This document shows positions 37,401-52,400 of a DNA stretch of 64,000 nucleotides, in pieces. The notes beneath the pieces were generated by a model. That model saw only the letters and a program-made list of their open reading frames with translations, was not told where the DNA came from and made no database searches. Both the position numbers and the translations under genes were made by a program. Positions within the stretch are counted from its first letter, which is position 1; every line of letters begins with the position of its first letter. The stretch comes from Phoronis australis (lineage: Eukaryota; Animalia; Phoronida), in NCBI GenBank assembly GCA_002633005.1, contig NMRA01000023.1, positions 608,621-672,620 of the forward strand, in the 5' to 3' direction.

Positions 37401-40400
37401 TATCCTTTTGTATTCGTTTCATGTAGCTTTAGAACGTTTTCATCATCACCATGATGCCATATAATTACATTACATGCATTTATACATACTTATATAATCG
37501 TTTCAGCTCTTACCTTCCTGGGAAGCAGCAGAATCCTTAGAATACTCCGCGTATTTCGAGCTTTCCGAAGCATACGTAGGTACGTGAAAAATGGGCACTG
37601 TACCACCACACCATTTTTGAAGCATCTGATAAACGAGTCGATCAACTGACTAGCTTGATGATTGATTAATTGTGGATGTTTTACCTTCAGCGTTGGCGCC
37701 TTTGCTGGCTTGTCCACTGTTGTGCAAACTATTCTCCAATCAATTCCCGGTAAGTCATTTGTGATAATTTAGAAATACAGTTGTCAAAGATTCCCAGACT
37801 TAAGTCCTTCAAGCAGTCACGTGGGTGCACTTTCTCCCATTGCCTTGTTTGACAGAAACGTTCACGTTCATCAAAATTTCTCAACTACATCGCTTGTCTA
37901 CAGTTGCGAAGTCGACGTACACAGACAACTTTTAAAAGAAGTCTCCAGTCCCACGTGACCAATTACGACCATTGAGGAAGCATTTAAAGCTCCTGGTGCC
38001 AAAAACGACTTTGTTCACGGGCGACGACATTTGGTCTTCCAGAACAACGTCATCGTTTTCTTATCCTTTGGTTGAATTGGTAAAACCTGAAGACTTTCAT
38101 ATTTTGACTTTATCAATTGGGTCACGTGACCATGTCTTTTAAATAAAATTTAGCAAAAAAAGAAGTTATTTCCAAGCAAAACAATGGTATCAATAATGTG
38201 ACCAAATTTGATTTGATATAAAAGTTTAAGAGGAAATCTCGAAAAAACACTACTACTTTTCTAAATTTTTATTTCCTTTTCGTTTTTAGTAACTTTTTCA
38301 TTTTCTTCATAACAATCAAAAAAGTCCGATTTTTGGTAGCCCCTCGTGCAAGTACAGAACATTTTAAAAACAAGTGTCACATGGATCCATTCAACCATTT
38401 TTGAGATAAGATGTTTCGAAGTCTGCCTAATTTGGTCAGTTTTCGAAGGCCCTAAATACCGGGAATTTCCGAATATAGGTACATGTACGTGGACGGATAT
38501 TCGGAAAACAACCTTTCCAAGACATCATTTGAAATGGAATATGCCTCTCGGTGGTATGTTCGGAAAGCGAGGCCTATTGTGGGAAATTGTACCAAACATT
38601 TTATGAAGCAGTTTTTGTGAAACAAACATGAGTTGGGAAGTTTTTTGAAATAAACAGTTCGCTTTTTATGTGTGCTCTAGTAGTTGTTCTTCAATACTTA
38701 CTTTGCATCTAAATACATTGCCTTAAAACTGCCATTCGTACTGGGCTAACAAAAGAATCCATAAGATTTTCAAACATGCAAACAGTTACTGAAAATACAC
38801 CCATGGGCGTACTTTTGGGTAAGCCTATTTTCGAAAAATTTCGTTAACCTTAAGCAGCCCAAATTCTATTGGTAGGTAAACGCTATAAAACTTGATAACT
38901 TCGAAGCGCATATTTTGGATAGGGTCAACGGCGCTTTTTAAAAGTCAAAGGTCAATGGATGCAACAGAGACTTTTGAGCTAGCCTTTTCACTTCATAACA
39001 TTCACAAACTTTGGGGGTAATTAGTGGCAACCGTGCGTAATTAAGAGCATTATGTTCAGCTAATTTGTACTTTTATTCTTTACAAGGGATAACTCTCATT
39101 TTCACAGTGATTCAACGAACCAAAATATCAAATCTTACTGGTTATATTGTTCAGACTTACATGGGCTACGAAGGGGTCAACCAGTAAATTTCTTGAGTTA
39201 GACTCTGGAAGTTATATTACGAAGCAGACGTAAATAGATGCATCAGCGGGAGAATTTTAGTAAAGCAATGGCAGCTTACCACGTGGGACCGATGGCTCTT
39301 ATCGCCACCACAGAACTCTAGCCCTGGAATGCCAACTCCGATCTCGTGGCCACGTGTAGTCTATGTTACCGCTAACAATAGACATTATAACACATTTTTA
39401 CGATTGTTATGTTACTAAAGAAAGTGGACTTCTCAAAGAGACAACGTTATTTTGAACACCTATTGCATAGTTGTTACGGTAAACATTCGAGAACGAAAAT
39501 GCGGAACAACTAGTATAAAGAGTGGGACATCAGGATAAATGCCGGGCATTTGGGTCTAAGCCAAAAGTTAAGGATGTAATGTTCGCTGCAAAACACAAAG
39601 ACGTACCGAAAGCGTTTTCTGGTCGAACGGGAGATGTTGTTACTTGAGGGGGAAATTGCGGGTGCCGCAAAAACCCATGAAACGTCCAGTTTTTTTCTTT
39701 TTGTCCATCGGGAAAATATGGCTATGTCGCTTGGAAAATTGCACTAGTATATGATAATACATGTACGTCAATTTGGCTGGGTGTCTGAAAGCGGGGCATT
39801 TAAGTGGTGTAGCGGACTGTCGGAAAAAATAAAAAAGTGGGACAGTTCGCCAAGAGCTGGACAATTGGCAGAAACTCTGGACGCTCTCAGCAACAGGATG
39901 TTCTGGATTGATTCCTTTTACAAGGCAAACATTTTTTAACATTATATTACCCGGGTATAGGGAAATACTACAGATAACAGTAGGCCTAATACTCAGAAAT
40001 CGAATTAACAACAAACGGCATCTGGGCAACAGTTGAATATTGCACAAATGAACTATAATAGAAACAATTGAAAACAGTAATAATACACACGTGCACACGG
40101 ACGCACGCACACACACACATANNNNNNNNNNNNNNNNNACACACACACACACACAACAACAACAATTATGAGTAATTTTTTGAAAGTTACGTAAGCACGT
40201 AAATGTCTTGTCGAAACACATCTGCCATGTAGTATGATAGGTTGTCGAAAGCGGTTCTACGACTGGAGCTGAAAAGACGTTAGAGGCCAAACTCTACTGG
40301 CATCTACCCAAGGACACAGGTTTAGTGCTTATATGACCACTGCAGTTGCCGGATTTTTTGACTAATTTTGGTGATTATATGGAAACACATCTCAAGAGTC

Positions 40401-43400
40401 TCGCTTGATGAGCAATAATGACAAAATGAAATTGAAGCAATGAAATTAGGCTTGATTTAATAACTACGACTCTCAATCAAAACCTGGTCGAGCAGGCAGC
40501 CGGAAATTCTCAGTGCGAACTCTCGGGTCGCAAGCTGCAATAATAAAATACATTGGTCACACGCAGAAGTTGGCATTCCAGAGCAACAGTTCTATGTCGC
40601 CACGTAGCTTTACCAGGACGTATTATTTCTTCTTCGCAACTGGTGGCATAGGGGGACACTTTGACTTCGTGAAAATACCCATTTGCAATGTATGTGATGA
40701 GTGTTAAACAAAATGTATGCCATGTGACATTTACAACTCCATTGTCACAACATGAGGGCACTATGACGAAACGTACCAACGATTTCCAAACTTCTGATGG
40801 GATCTAGTGAACCCGTTTAAAGGGTCATAGGTCAATGAGTATAAAAGTGTAAATATTAATGTATGTCAAATCCATGCTTATGTTTGGCTCATCCAAAACT
40901 TTAGGTTACCAGGTTAAATTTTGGGATGAAGAAGAGTATTTTTCTGTTGAACTGTACAGCTTTACCTACTTGCCCTTTATAACTGTATTAGAGAAAACTC
41001 TGAAATCCATGCCAATCAATATCTGTGGTCAGTCTACGACTCACTGCTCACGAGCGTACGCCACGCACATAGTTCTAAGGGCTCACACCCAATTGACTAT
41101 CACGTGTTTATGTTCTTATTTACATTTCCTCAGATATGGCGAACATTGTTCTTCTGCTCTTGATAATCCTGCTCGTCTTTGCCGTGATGGGATGTGCTCT
41201 CTTCGGAAAGGAGTTAGACCATCACTTTGGCGACCTAATTATTGGTAATAGTTACGAGTGATTGGCTGCACTTGATTTACTTCGCCGGCTCAGCCGAATC
41301 AGCCAGTTAGGACATCTGATTGATCTGTTAGCCGGAAGTCGTCGTAAAGAAACAATCGGTTAAAAGTTCAGTAGCTGTTTCGCGGGGAAAAAATCTAGCC
41401 AAAATCACAATATCCCCCGTAATCTTGCGAAGTTTGGATTTGTAGCGAGGTCCTAGCGTTAGTCCTAGCTATACTGAACTCTACATGTACGCAGATGTCT
41501 TATCCGTTTGACCAGCGAATTGAGTCAACGTTGTTTTGTTCAGTTTTACCAGTGCAAGACTGTAAGTATCGTAACGTTCGACGATGCTTGCATGTGTACT
41601 TGTGGACACACTTTCTCGTAATACATGGTTGTCCCAGTATGTGAGCATTTTAAAACCATGCCCTCAATACTATCACTTTTTGTATCACACGTCATAAATT
41701 TGCGACTACTGTTTCATAATGTGTTCGTGAAATATAAACGGTAGGCCTACACCTGCATTACGTCGTTCTCCAAGCTCTTATTGATTTCAGCGTTATTCTC
41801 GCTGTTCATCTTCGTCACTCAAGATGGATGGGTAGGCATATACCACGATTTCAAGGTAATTTTGAGTATTTTTCAGTACTCACTAAACGTTAAACTTGAT
41901 TATCGCACGTCGCGATGTGCCTTACGTGTACTGCTGGTGATATATCGTACTTAATTTTAATGTGCCACGGGCAGTGGAGGTGGACAGAAAAAGAAGAGTG
42001 TAAGGAAAGATGGATGAGAAACTAGAGAATAAACGAAAGGGCAAAGCAGAGGAGAGAGAGAGAGAGCGAACTAAAAAGGGGGAACTTGGCTAGTCAATGG
42101 CACTATGGGAGCCAACGATTAAAGTATCCTGTATTGTTTCATTGCTTCTGCATTTCAGAACACCAAAACAGAGGTAGAGGTCCTTGGTGCTGTATTTTGT
42201 TTTCTTGTCATCTTACTGGGTGCCTTCGTTTTCGCTAACCTGATCGTTGCAGTGGTCGTCACAAACTTGGTATGTTTTCGTTTTTCTTAGGATAATTCCC
42301 GTATTCCGCAGTCCCGCTCTTCTTGACCGTGAGGTAAGATTATGTTTATTGTACAACGGTGGCGCTGTGTTCATGACGGGCTTCGCTGCCAATCATCCAG
42401 GGTGAAATGTGGCATCCCGCATCCATGGATATTTATCCAGTTTATCCCACTTCCTTTGAATCGGCATTACAGCCAACGGCACAGCAGAAATATTTTCCCG
42501 GCATGACTTGAATATGGTCCAGTCATTCTAGGGCTCCAGAGGACACAAGCTAGAAAAAATTGCAACAGAGGGTTTTTTGCATAAATGGCATCTTCAAACA
42601 TCTCTTATTGTCAGAAAAAAATCTACCGAAATCGGAGTGGCGGAAGTCGGTTTTTCAAGATGGCGGAAAAATGACCGACAAAACGGGTGTTTACTGTTTT
42701 CTGGCATACTACTCTTATGTAACAGCTAAAAATAAAACAATAAAGTTTGTAATTGATTATATACTTTTCATAACAGGCATACCAATCAAAAGACGCCAAT
42801 TTTCCGTAAAACCAATATGGCCGACAAAATGGCGGCCGAAACGGCAATTTGGTAAATGTTGCAAGATTTCTTTTATATTTTGCCCTGAAAATGGCAAAAG
42901 TTTTATTCTTTTGTAAGTTAGACAATTGAAAATGTCTGGACCTTACAATTGGTCACTGGTTTGCGAGAAAAAAATCAAGATGGCTGACAAAATGGCCACC
43001 AAAATGGCTGCCAATTCACAAACCCCAATTTACCGCACTTACGTTCTGCAAACTTTGTTTGTAACCTGATACGCATTTACACAAAAACATTTTACAATCT
43101 ACAGTCAGGGTTAATGAGTTCTTTGTTTCTATAATTTGTTTTTAAGATTTATATACTAAATGTGGAATTTTAATCACATTTTAGACTATATAACATAAAA
43201 GTCGGTGTTTTCAGAAAAGGCTTTAGTTAAATTTTCATAATATATTTTACAAACTCATATATTTTTCTGTAAAATATATTCATATGAGGTATCAAAATAA
43301 TATTTTTTAGAAAAATGTGTTATTCTGGTGAGTTATTGGCTTATTCATTATACAAACCCTTAATAAAATTGGGCAGGAAGTGGCTTTTTTCTCTGTTATT

Positions 43401-46400
43401 GGAGATATTATTAGTTGTTCCCAAGCACCGATTTCGTCTGCTGCTGGCATGTATTGAGAATTTGGCTGCTGATTTCACCTGAATTTGATGAAGAGCAAAT
43501 AGGATTGTGTAACAAAAAGTTATTAATTAAATTTTAATAGTTAGGACTCACAATTTGTTTATATGAACATAGGTAACTGATTTTAGAGGAAATTAGTGCC
43601 TGCAAACAAAACTACAGTGACCTGAAGTCACTTGTTCTTAGCCAGGCTTGGAAGATTTCATACTCGGAGATGAGCTTTCTGGAATGTATTGGATACGTAA
43701 TGTCAAGCACAGGGCTTCAAGAAGTTCTTGAGACGGTGTAAGCATCAAACAGTGTGATCCTTATATTAAATGGAAAAAGTGTGGATAGAGCAGTGAGGGG
43801 GCATATGTTGGTAGACTCAGCACTGAATGCTATCATGAAAGCCAGAACATTCAACATTCCACTTCCAAATATTGACAGATCAAGTAACGCCAATCCAAAA
43901 CCAATGAAGAAAGAAATTCATGTTCTTCAGAAATTCCAGGAGTCCAGAATGTCACCAACACAGAACACACAGATTACATGCCAAGAGCAGTTCAATGCTT
44001 GTACACAGCCTTTGGCTCGTCAGAAGATGAAGACAGATTTTCAGACATCTCAGACATCCCAACTGATCACATAACTAGATGTATACTATGGGGCATGCCA
44101 TATCCAGCCAGTGTCTTCCGATTCTGAACCTTGGATTACGGTGAAATGCCCTCACGAGAGTTCACTTCTGGTTTCCGACCTACTGCCACTGGTATATTCA
44201 AACACGACTGAATCAGAGTATAGGTCTTCAGAATTCACAGTGACAGAGAATAGTTCGTCAAAAGAATCAATGTCCAATGATATTCTTCATGATGATTTGA
44301 GAGCTGGTCTGAAGCAGTGTGATGATCTTATTGCTGGCATGACGTCTGTGTGCGACGATGTATGCTGGACGGAGTGTCTTGTGGGTGTCCATAAAAAATC
44401 AAAGCACATAAATCAGACTTGTCCGTGCAAAGTCGAATCATTAGTCTTTGACTACAGTATATGAAGATGATTGACATCCTTCGACTTTTTTAAAAGCAGA
44501 AATAACGTCAGATTGGGAGCTTCACCTAAAAGCAGTTTCTGAAATGCTGCCTTACTTTGCAGCTGCTGGTCACAACTCTTATGCAAAATCTTCATACATA
44601 TACTTGACTGAAGCAGACATAGCACCCGTCCAGACGTCTATGACCAACAAACCATAAGACAAAGTGACAGATTATGGGCAGGCTTGTCATGATGAGATAT
44701 GATCTGGTAATTGAACAACTGCTCATGAAAAGTATTAAAGCAACAGGAGGTTTAACTAGAGGTTTGCGAAATGGGAGATACACAGAGTGCACCGTTGAAT
44801 TCCTCCACAACAGTAACCCATTTTAAAGAGAAACATTACAGAACATCGCCATTGGTGTGACTGCAGACACATGCGTCAGTGCCGAAAATGCCGGAGAAGT
44901 GGGGAAGGAGGTTCACTTTTCTATGGAGGGGTCAAGTGTGAACGACTTCACATTCAGAAAGAAAGACAAGGTTGTGGCAATGACAAGTCAATCAGTTCAT
45001 GTTGCTAATAGTAATTTTACACAAGTGGATCCACGACTGCTATTTCAGCGAATCCTGACAGCTGCAAAAGACAACAGTGAAAGTTCATCAAGCCTTTTGA
45101 AGTTTGAGCTGTGTGTTGGTTCCCCTGTTCTTTTTGATACATCTGGTCTTCCCAGATTCGCTAATAAATCAATATGAGCTGATGCACTCTGATCCAGTGG
45201 AGGACTACCTGAGGATTTCAATTTCCAGAAAACACGGTGATGCACGTAATCGACGACGGTTCTCTCCTTCACCGTATTCCATGGCCTAGAGGCGAAACGT
45301 TTCAGTCATTTGGTAGAGCTTATGTGGATTACATCAGCAAGTGCACCCCGCCTACTGTTGTTTTTGATGGTTACTGAGACGGACCATCAACTAAAGATGT
45401 CTCCCATGTTCGAAGACTGGGTGGGTTGGTTGAAACTGAAGTTCACTTCAATGGTGATATGGTGATCAAGTAAAAAAGGAACATTTTTGGCAAAAAGCAA
45501 AAACAAACGATTCACTCACTTCTTGTCAAGTTTGCTAGGAAATGCTGGTTGCACAGTGGTACAAGCTCAAGGTGACGTAGATGTTTTAATTGTAGAAACA
45601 GCAGTAGAGAACGCAGCACAGGGTCCAACTACCCTTATTGCAGACGATACAGACTTGTTGATTCTTTTGCGTTACCATGCTACTTCACAACAAATTTCAT
45701 GTTCATGAGACACCAAAGCAAGAGAAGAGTCTGGGACATCAAGGAACTACAGTTGTCTCTTGGTGCCGAAACTTGCGCAGATTTGCCATTTGCGCATGCA
45801 ATAGGTGGTTGCAACACAACATTACAGCTGTTCGGTATTAGCAAAGGCTCTCCCATTCAAGAAACTGCGTGATCGAGAATTGTGCAAAAACTCTGGTCAG
45901 AGTATTCACTAGACACATGCAGCTGAAGCAAGACATATTTGAAGCTGGTAAGAGTTGTATCTGTGCTTCATGGCGGTAGTGGCTCTGGAAATTTGGACGA
46001 CTTGTGATACAGGCAATTTGTGGATGAGGTGTCAGACTAGCCACAGTCCAAATACAGTCATTATCACCAACTTTCTTCAGTAGCTAAATTCCATGCTGCC
46101 GGGACATATTATCAAGAGCAAGAGCGGTCAAATTTCCGTGGCAGTGACTCGCTGTATTGGGGATGGATGATGGCAGGTGGAAAATTCATTCCCACGACGA
46201 CGGACCATTCAGCAGCACCAGATAACCTGCTGAAAGTAGTGAGATGCTCGGGTAAGACCAACTGCAGTTCCAAGAGATGTTCTTGCAGGAAGTTAGGATA
46301 GCCGTACTCGGTTGCATGTGGAGAATGCCGTGGTTTTAGCTGCAGCAGTTCATTCTGAGTTGACAGAGATTAGTTGTATAAATACTGGTTGATTGTGTAT

Positions 46401-49400
46401 AGATTCACTAGCATTTACAACTAACTGGAAGTGACACAGACAGTATGGATAGCAAATCACTGAATTAATTACAGAGAGTTATTTTCAATACAGCACATTT
46501 TTCAGGAGGAGAATGATCCTTCAGTTCAGACAAACCTGATGTTTTTCACCCAAATAAGTTATTCGTTAAACCATCTTGAAAATGGTAGTCGTAATCATCA
46601 AGAGCTAGACAAAAATTATTGTAATGGATGTGCTGACTTAAAAAGCTCAGGATGTGGCGTGTCTCTGGAATCTGAAGTTCTTACACGAAGCAACTATTTG
46701 GTGGCCATCTTAGAAAATGGTGGAAGTAATCATTAGAGCCAAACGCAATGAGTCTAAATGGATTAGCCGACCCAGAAAACCAATGATACTTGAAGCAAGA
46801 CGACACACTAATCTGTTTGTGCGAAGTTGTGCGATTCGAAATAGTTTTGAAGGCCATCTTGGAAAATGGCTGATGGTGTCACCACGGCCATGCAAAACTT
46901 TTCCAATGGATTTGTTGACCCACAAAAGATAGGTAAACATTTTTGAATTTTTAATCTATCACATTTCACTCTCGAGTTATAATGATCATCTGCAAATCTG
47001 GTGGAAGTAATCATTAGTGCCAAATGCAATGCCTCTCAATGGATTAGTCGACCCACAAAACCTATGATGCGATGTTTGAAGCAAGACGACACACTAAACT
47101 GTTCGTGTGAAGTTGTGCAACTCAAGTAGATTTGGCGGCCATCTTGGAAAATGGCGGACGGTGTCACCACAACCATGTAAAACCATTTTCAATGGAATTG
47201 TTGACCCACAAAACATAGGTAAACCTTTTTGAATTTTACTCTATCACATTCCACTCTTGAGTTATAGTGCGCATCAGAAAATCTGGCAGCCATTTTGTCC
47301 GCTATCTTGAAAAACCAACTTCCGACACTCCGATTCCGGTAGACTTTTTTCCCACTAAGGCGTGTGAAAGGATACGATTTATGCAATAAAACCTTCTGTT
47401 GCATTTTTTCCGGGTTATCCTTAGAATGACTGGACTAACTGGACTATAAAATATTCAGGCAACAGATTCTAACATGTGAATCTCCATTGGAGCAAAAGCG
47501 TGGCTGCTGATCTGCTTGCTTGGAGGTGTGCCGCTATTTCGTACCTCACGGCATAGGTGAGTGATGAATGCGGAAGGCGAGAATTACTGTTACATGAGAT
47601 CGTTTGATTCTGTAGTACTTCAACGATGAAAGCCAATGTTTCGGGTTATATGCGTTCTAAAACCTCATTATCTTAAAAACTTGTTTCGTCATTATCACTG
47701 GCTCTTGTTCACTATGAATGAAGAGCCGTAGTTATGATACCTATGAGATGAGCAGTTACATGTTAGTGATATATAATCGCCTCAACAATGAGTTTTCGGC
47801 ATCGTACACAGAGGTCCTATTCAATGGATGTTTCGACAAAATCCGTTAGGCCACGCCAACAATAGTTATAGTTGAGAAGTGTCAATCGGGAAAATCAAAT
47901 TTGACGGAGGTCCTCTGCAAGTGCACAATGATGATATTTTAGTAAAACTGATACCGCATATGGAACCAAAGAATCATGAAGAGCCTCGGAGGAAAATTAA
48001 ACGTTAGCCGTTACACACAGCGATACCTTTTCGATACCTTGAGTCAGTTTGAAGATTTCTTAACCATTCCCATCAACAGTTTCATAAAGATATCGATATC
48101 GTTGCAAACAGCCTGGTACTGTGGTTGGGTTGCTAGTATGGTTATTTTACTCTGCATTTAGTATTCGGGAACATGATTAGATGTGCTGGTCGTTGATATG
48201 AATTGTAAATGTTCATCGAAAAGTCATATTCTTGCTTTCGTTTGTAAGGAATGTTTTTAGAACTAAAGACGGAGGGGGGAGCGTAGTGTTCAGATCTTCC
48301 CACGCCCTGATTGGCTGGAATTGATATCATGATACCCATATTAGTCGGTCATGGTGTTTTCTCAGCTTAAATGAATGCAGAGACAAAATGCTAGAAACTC
48401 ACTGTTGGGTTGTGGACGCCATGTCATTATTGTTCCGCGAATAATTAATGATGCCTCAGGAATAGTAGTTAAACCTCAACGTTGTTTCTAAGGAGATTTG
48501 GAAACATAGCAAATATGTTGCTTGTTCCTTACCTGAAAGCTTGACAGAAATGAAATCTCAAGTTTGTGTTCAGTTTAAGTATCATGCGTTTTTTCAGTCA
48601 CAATTTGTGATTTCCAATTGCAACTGCGACAATTACATTCAGCTGAACGAAATTTTTAGTTCTGTCAATAAATGAACCTTCTGTGAAAAAATAACTTAAA
48701 CAGCTTTGCACTTATTAAACTAGCACCAGCCTGTGCTATAAAAAAATTCTTGGCTTGGAAAGAACTGAACATTTGATTGAAGTCACGCTCAATAATTTGG
48801 GATAACCCACCTCGTCATTTTGTGTGATCAATGCGTCTCGGATGATGCACTGAAGTTGTACTGCTTGCTTGTCGTAGGAAGTCGCCATCCGCGAAATCAG
48901 AACAGAGCAAAAAGCCCACGCTGATGTCTTGTCTGTTCCTGAAGCGGGGTCGGAGGACAGTTTCCATGAGTTTACTAAGAACAAAAAGGTCGACATTATT
49001 CCCGATCACGGAGCACGAGAAGAAGCCGATATCGATCAACAAAAGCCTCTGCTATTAGTCGTGAGAAAACACATTCATTATTCTGTCAAATTGATATCAG
49101 TTTAAATAGAGCGGTTTGATGTACTGAGTTGGCCTCGGGTGAAAGAATGGTGATTTAATTTGGTACAAACATAATATAATAGAAATGCCGGAGTCAAAGG
49201 TTATAAAATAAGCATTTCATTACCTAAATTACTAATACTAACTTATAAATCCCAGTACTAGTGAGCCCAGTCGCCTGACTAAAAAACCGGTCGTAAACCC
49301 CGTATTCGTAATTCGCGCACAAACTGTTCCGGTAAGCTAGGTAGGTCACCTGCACCCGTTCCTCTTAAAGAGGCATAGAACGTAAAAATTCGCAAACAAT

Positions 49401-52400
49401 ACCTTTTGAACAGATCGTGGCAAATCTACTTTTTAGGGATACTAACGCAAGAGTCATTCACTTTGAAAATTGTGAAAATTTCGAGAAAAATTCGTGAGAT
49501 TCACCATTTTTAAAATTCAGACGAAAGATAAACTCTTTCATCCTAATACGGTTTCCAAATTTTCCGACCCTAAAATATGTATGCGCGCATGCGCTCAAAG
49601 AAGTCGGCATGGCTGCTGCCCGAAATTGTCATTTTTTGTTTACATTAAAGGTCAAATGTTACATTTCCCATATAAGGAAAATGTGTTACGTCTATATCTT
49701 GCCATACCAAACAAGGATGGGTGCTTTCCCGTGTTGGAGAAAAATTGACGAAGTGACGACCAGTTGACAGATCTCTTTTTTGAAACTTGAAACTATAGGA
49801 AAAATGCTTTGAGCAAACCGTAAAAATACCTGGTGAACAGTTTGACCTCTATTTCAGTGGCAGAGAACAACTTTGGTTAATTCAATTTAGTCTGTTTTTT
49901 GCTTTCTATACCACTTAAATATCTCGTGCTGTTTTCTTTGCGGCCTGTTCCTCTAAATAACCTTAGCCTCGTTCTAGCCTTCTACGCACAATCAGTGTCG
50001 GCAGAAGCCGGTAACCCACGCAAGCATTATCTCCTACACTTCCTTCTTTGTAGAGTCACATGGGTTGTCTTGTCTGATAGGGGTGATTCAGTGCTGTCCC
50101 CTTACTACGAACTGACACAAGCATAAGTGGAATTATCATGTGTTGCCGTAACAAAGATTTATTGTGATGAGGGGACCAAGTTTGTACGTTTGTTGAGATG
50201 GCCAACCATTGTTGCTAAGTTTCTCGAAATCATTCCATGACCATCATGAGTCGGAATTAATTGCAATAGGAACCCCGTGAGCGTGCGCCTCTCATTTAAA
50301 GCACGTTTTTGACCAAATTTGCCATCCCAAGATCGTCTCATCGATGTTAAAATGGGCTCTGAGATTGAGAATGATGTCCCCAAGCTCAGGAAATGGCCTA
50401 TTTAGGGACCCAGGCGTTTTTACATTATTTGCATTATAGTATATCGTTCGGCAATCTTCTTGGTATATGAGCCATACATGGCAAAAACGCTTGTGATCTC
50501 TTCAAAGGGTCTAAACACTAGCCGTATAGAATGCTACTGATTTACAGTATAATTGCGAATTGCATTTCGCCCTGTTTACTCTTTTAATATCGGTCTCGAA
50601 CGTTTTCTTACTATGACAACACTTGGCTTGTCCCGTTACAAACTTACAGACCAGCAACAGGTCAAGAAACGCGTCGGATTCCATTCAAAATGGACCAGTA
50701 TGGAGGCACAAAGACTATCTCCGCTTGTAAATCGCAGATCGGCTGTTGATTTTGATTCTTCGGATGAGAACTCTAATTATATTTAAAGTGACAGCTAAAC
50801 ACGACGAAATACAGCTCTTTCAAGTGTCATTTCTATTTTCAGGAACTGAACCACGTTCCCCTAGATTCCATGGTATCCTATTTTGTGATCTTAAATGCAA
50901 TCGAGGAAAATTTAACAGAATACAAGGCTATTCGAGAAGACTTGGATAAGGTTAGTTTACAAATTCTGGTCTGAACTCAAATTGGCGTTCTCTGGCACTC
51001 GTCGCATTTGTGTTTGATAGACTAATACGATGTTCCAAATGAGCTCAACTCTTAAACGGTAGTGACACATAGGACGGATGATGGATATTTGTAATGAATG
51101 TGGTCTCTGTGAGCCGGCAATATTTTCTGGCATAGAAGCTAAGTTGAGACGATACACTTGCACATGTTAAAAAGGAATCACTGGTATTTACTACGTCGCT
51201 TTCCATTTCTTCCAGATAGCAGAAGTAATCATGGCGGCCAATTTTGGTTCCGAGCGAGAGGACGGAGAAGACCATTACGCTGAATATTTAAAACATTCAG
51301 GAAAAAACGCGCCGTCCGACATGTCTATGGTGGCAGATAAGCTGGCATGTACTATTGTGACGTGCAGTATTTGTTGACTCGCTTTCTCCTCACTTTCTGT
51401 TTAAATATGGAAATCATGAAATGAGCTAATTAACTGTATTGAACTGGACTCGAAATTTTCTTTGCCATGAGAGCAATTGGCCTTCAAAACGGGATTGGTT
51501 TAATTTTGGAAAGGCTGGCGATCCTTTTCAAAGTAGAGACTTTTGACACTCTTTTTGAAAAGTTACTCAACTTGCTAATGCCGTGGACTACTCATGTTCT
51601 GGAGTTTATGTCTCCAAAGGTTGTTGTACTTTTCACTGTTATCATTGTCAGTGAAGGGAAATCATACTTATTAAGTTAAATTACAGAAGAAAGGTGACAT
51701 ATTGTCGAATCTCATGAAGATGAAAACAAGCAACATAACGGGATTTGACCGCAAACCGCGGAGGCAAAGCACTAAGGTAATATCAAATCGTCTGCGATAT
51801 GAAACATTCTCTAAATGCTTATGACTACGGTGGGCTAACAAAGATGTCTACTTTTTAAGAACGATCATGGGCAGGCCTCGACGTTTTAATAAACTGTACG
51901 TGCAAGAAATGGAATGACTAAAATGCTATGGATGATTTCCAATACCTTTATTCACGTACAGTATTTTGGGTAATAGTCGCTTAAAGAGGTCCTGGATTTT
52001 GAAAACACTTTTCCCGTTATTCAGTGGGGGAAATAAGTTCTCAAAAAGCGGGACCCCAGGCTTTAGGGGTGCTGCATGTGTATATTGTGCATTGTGGTTA
52101 ATATACAGTGGCGGATCTAGGATATCACAAGGGGGGGGCAACATTTTGTCCGGCTGTAAGCATTTGCGCAAAGTGAACCACAATTGTAGATGCGCATAGC
52201 ACCGAATGGGCGAACCCCCCTCCCGCTCAGGAAATTTTTCTGTTTTTACCTCTAAAATTCAAGCATTTTCCTTGATTCCTGAAGTAGTATCCAAGAAAAA
52301 AAGGAAAAAAAATGAAAACACGGAGAACGTGTCAAACAGGAAAAACTGAACGTACCAAAGACTCGAACTCCCGACCTGGCGAACGAAGAGCACTTGCGTA

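Noticed and set aside
49978-50726. Candidate small CATSPER4 exons near 49978-50010 and 50650-50726
   Set aside because: Several frames are open and phases are ambiguous; cannot be assigned without cDNA.
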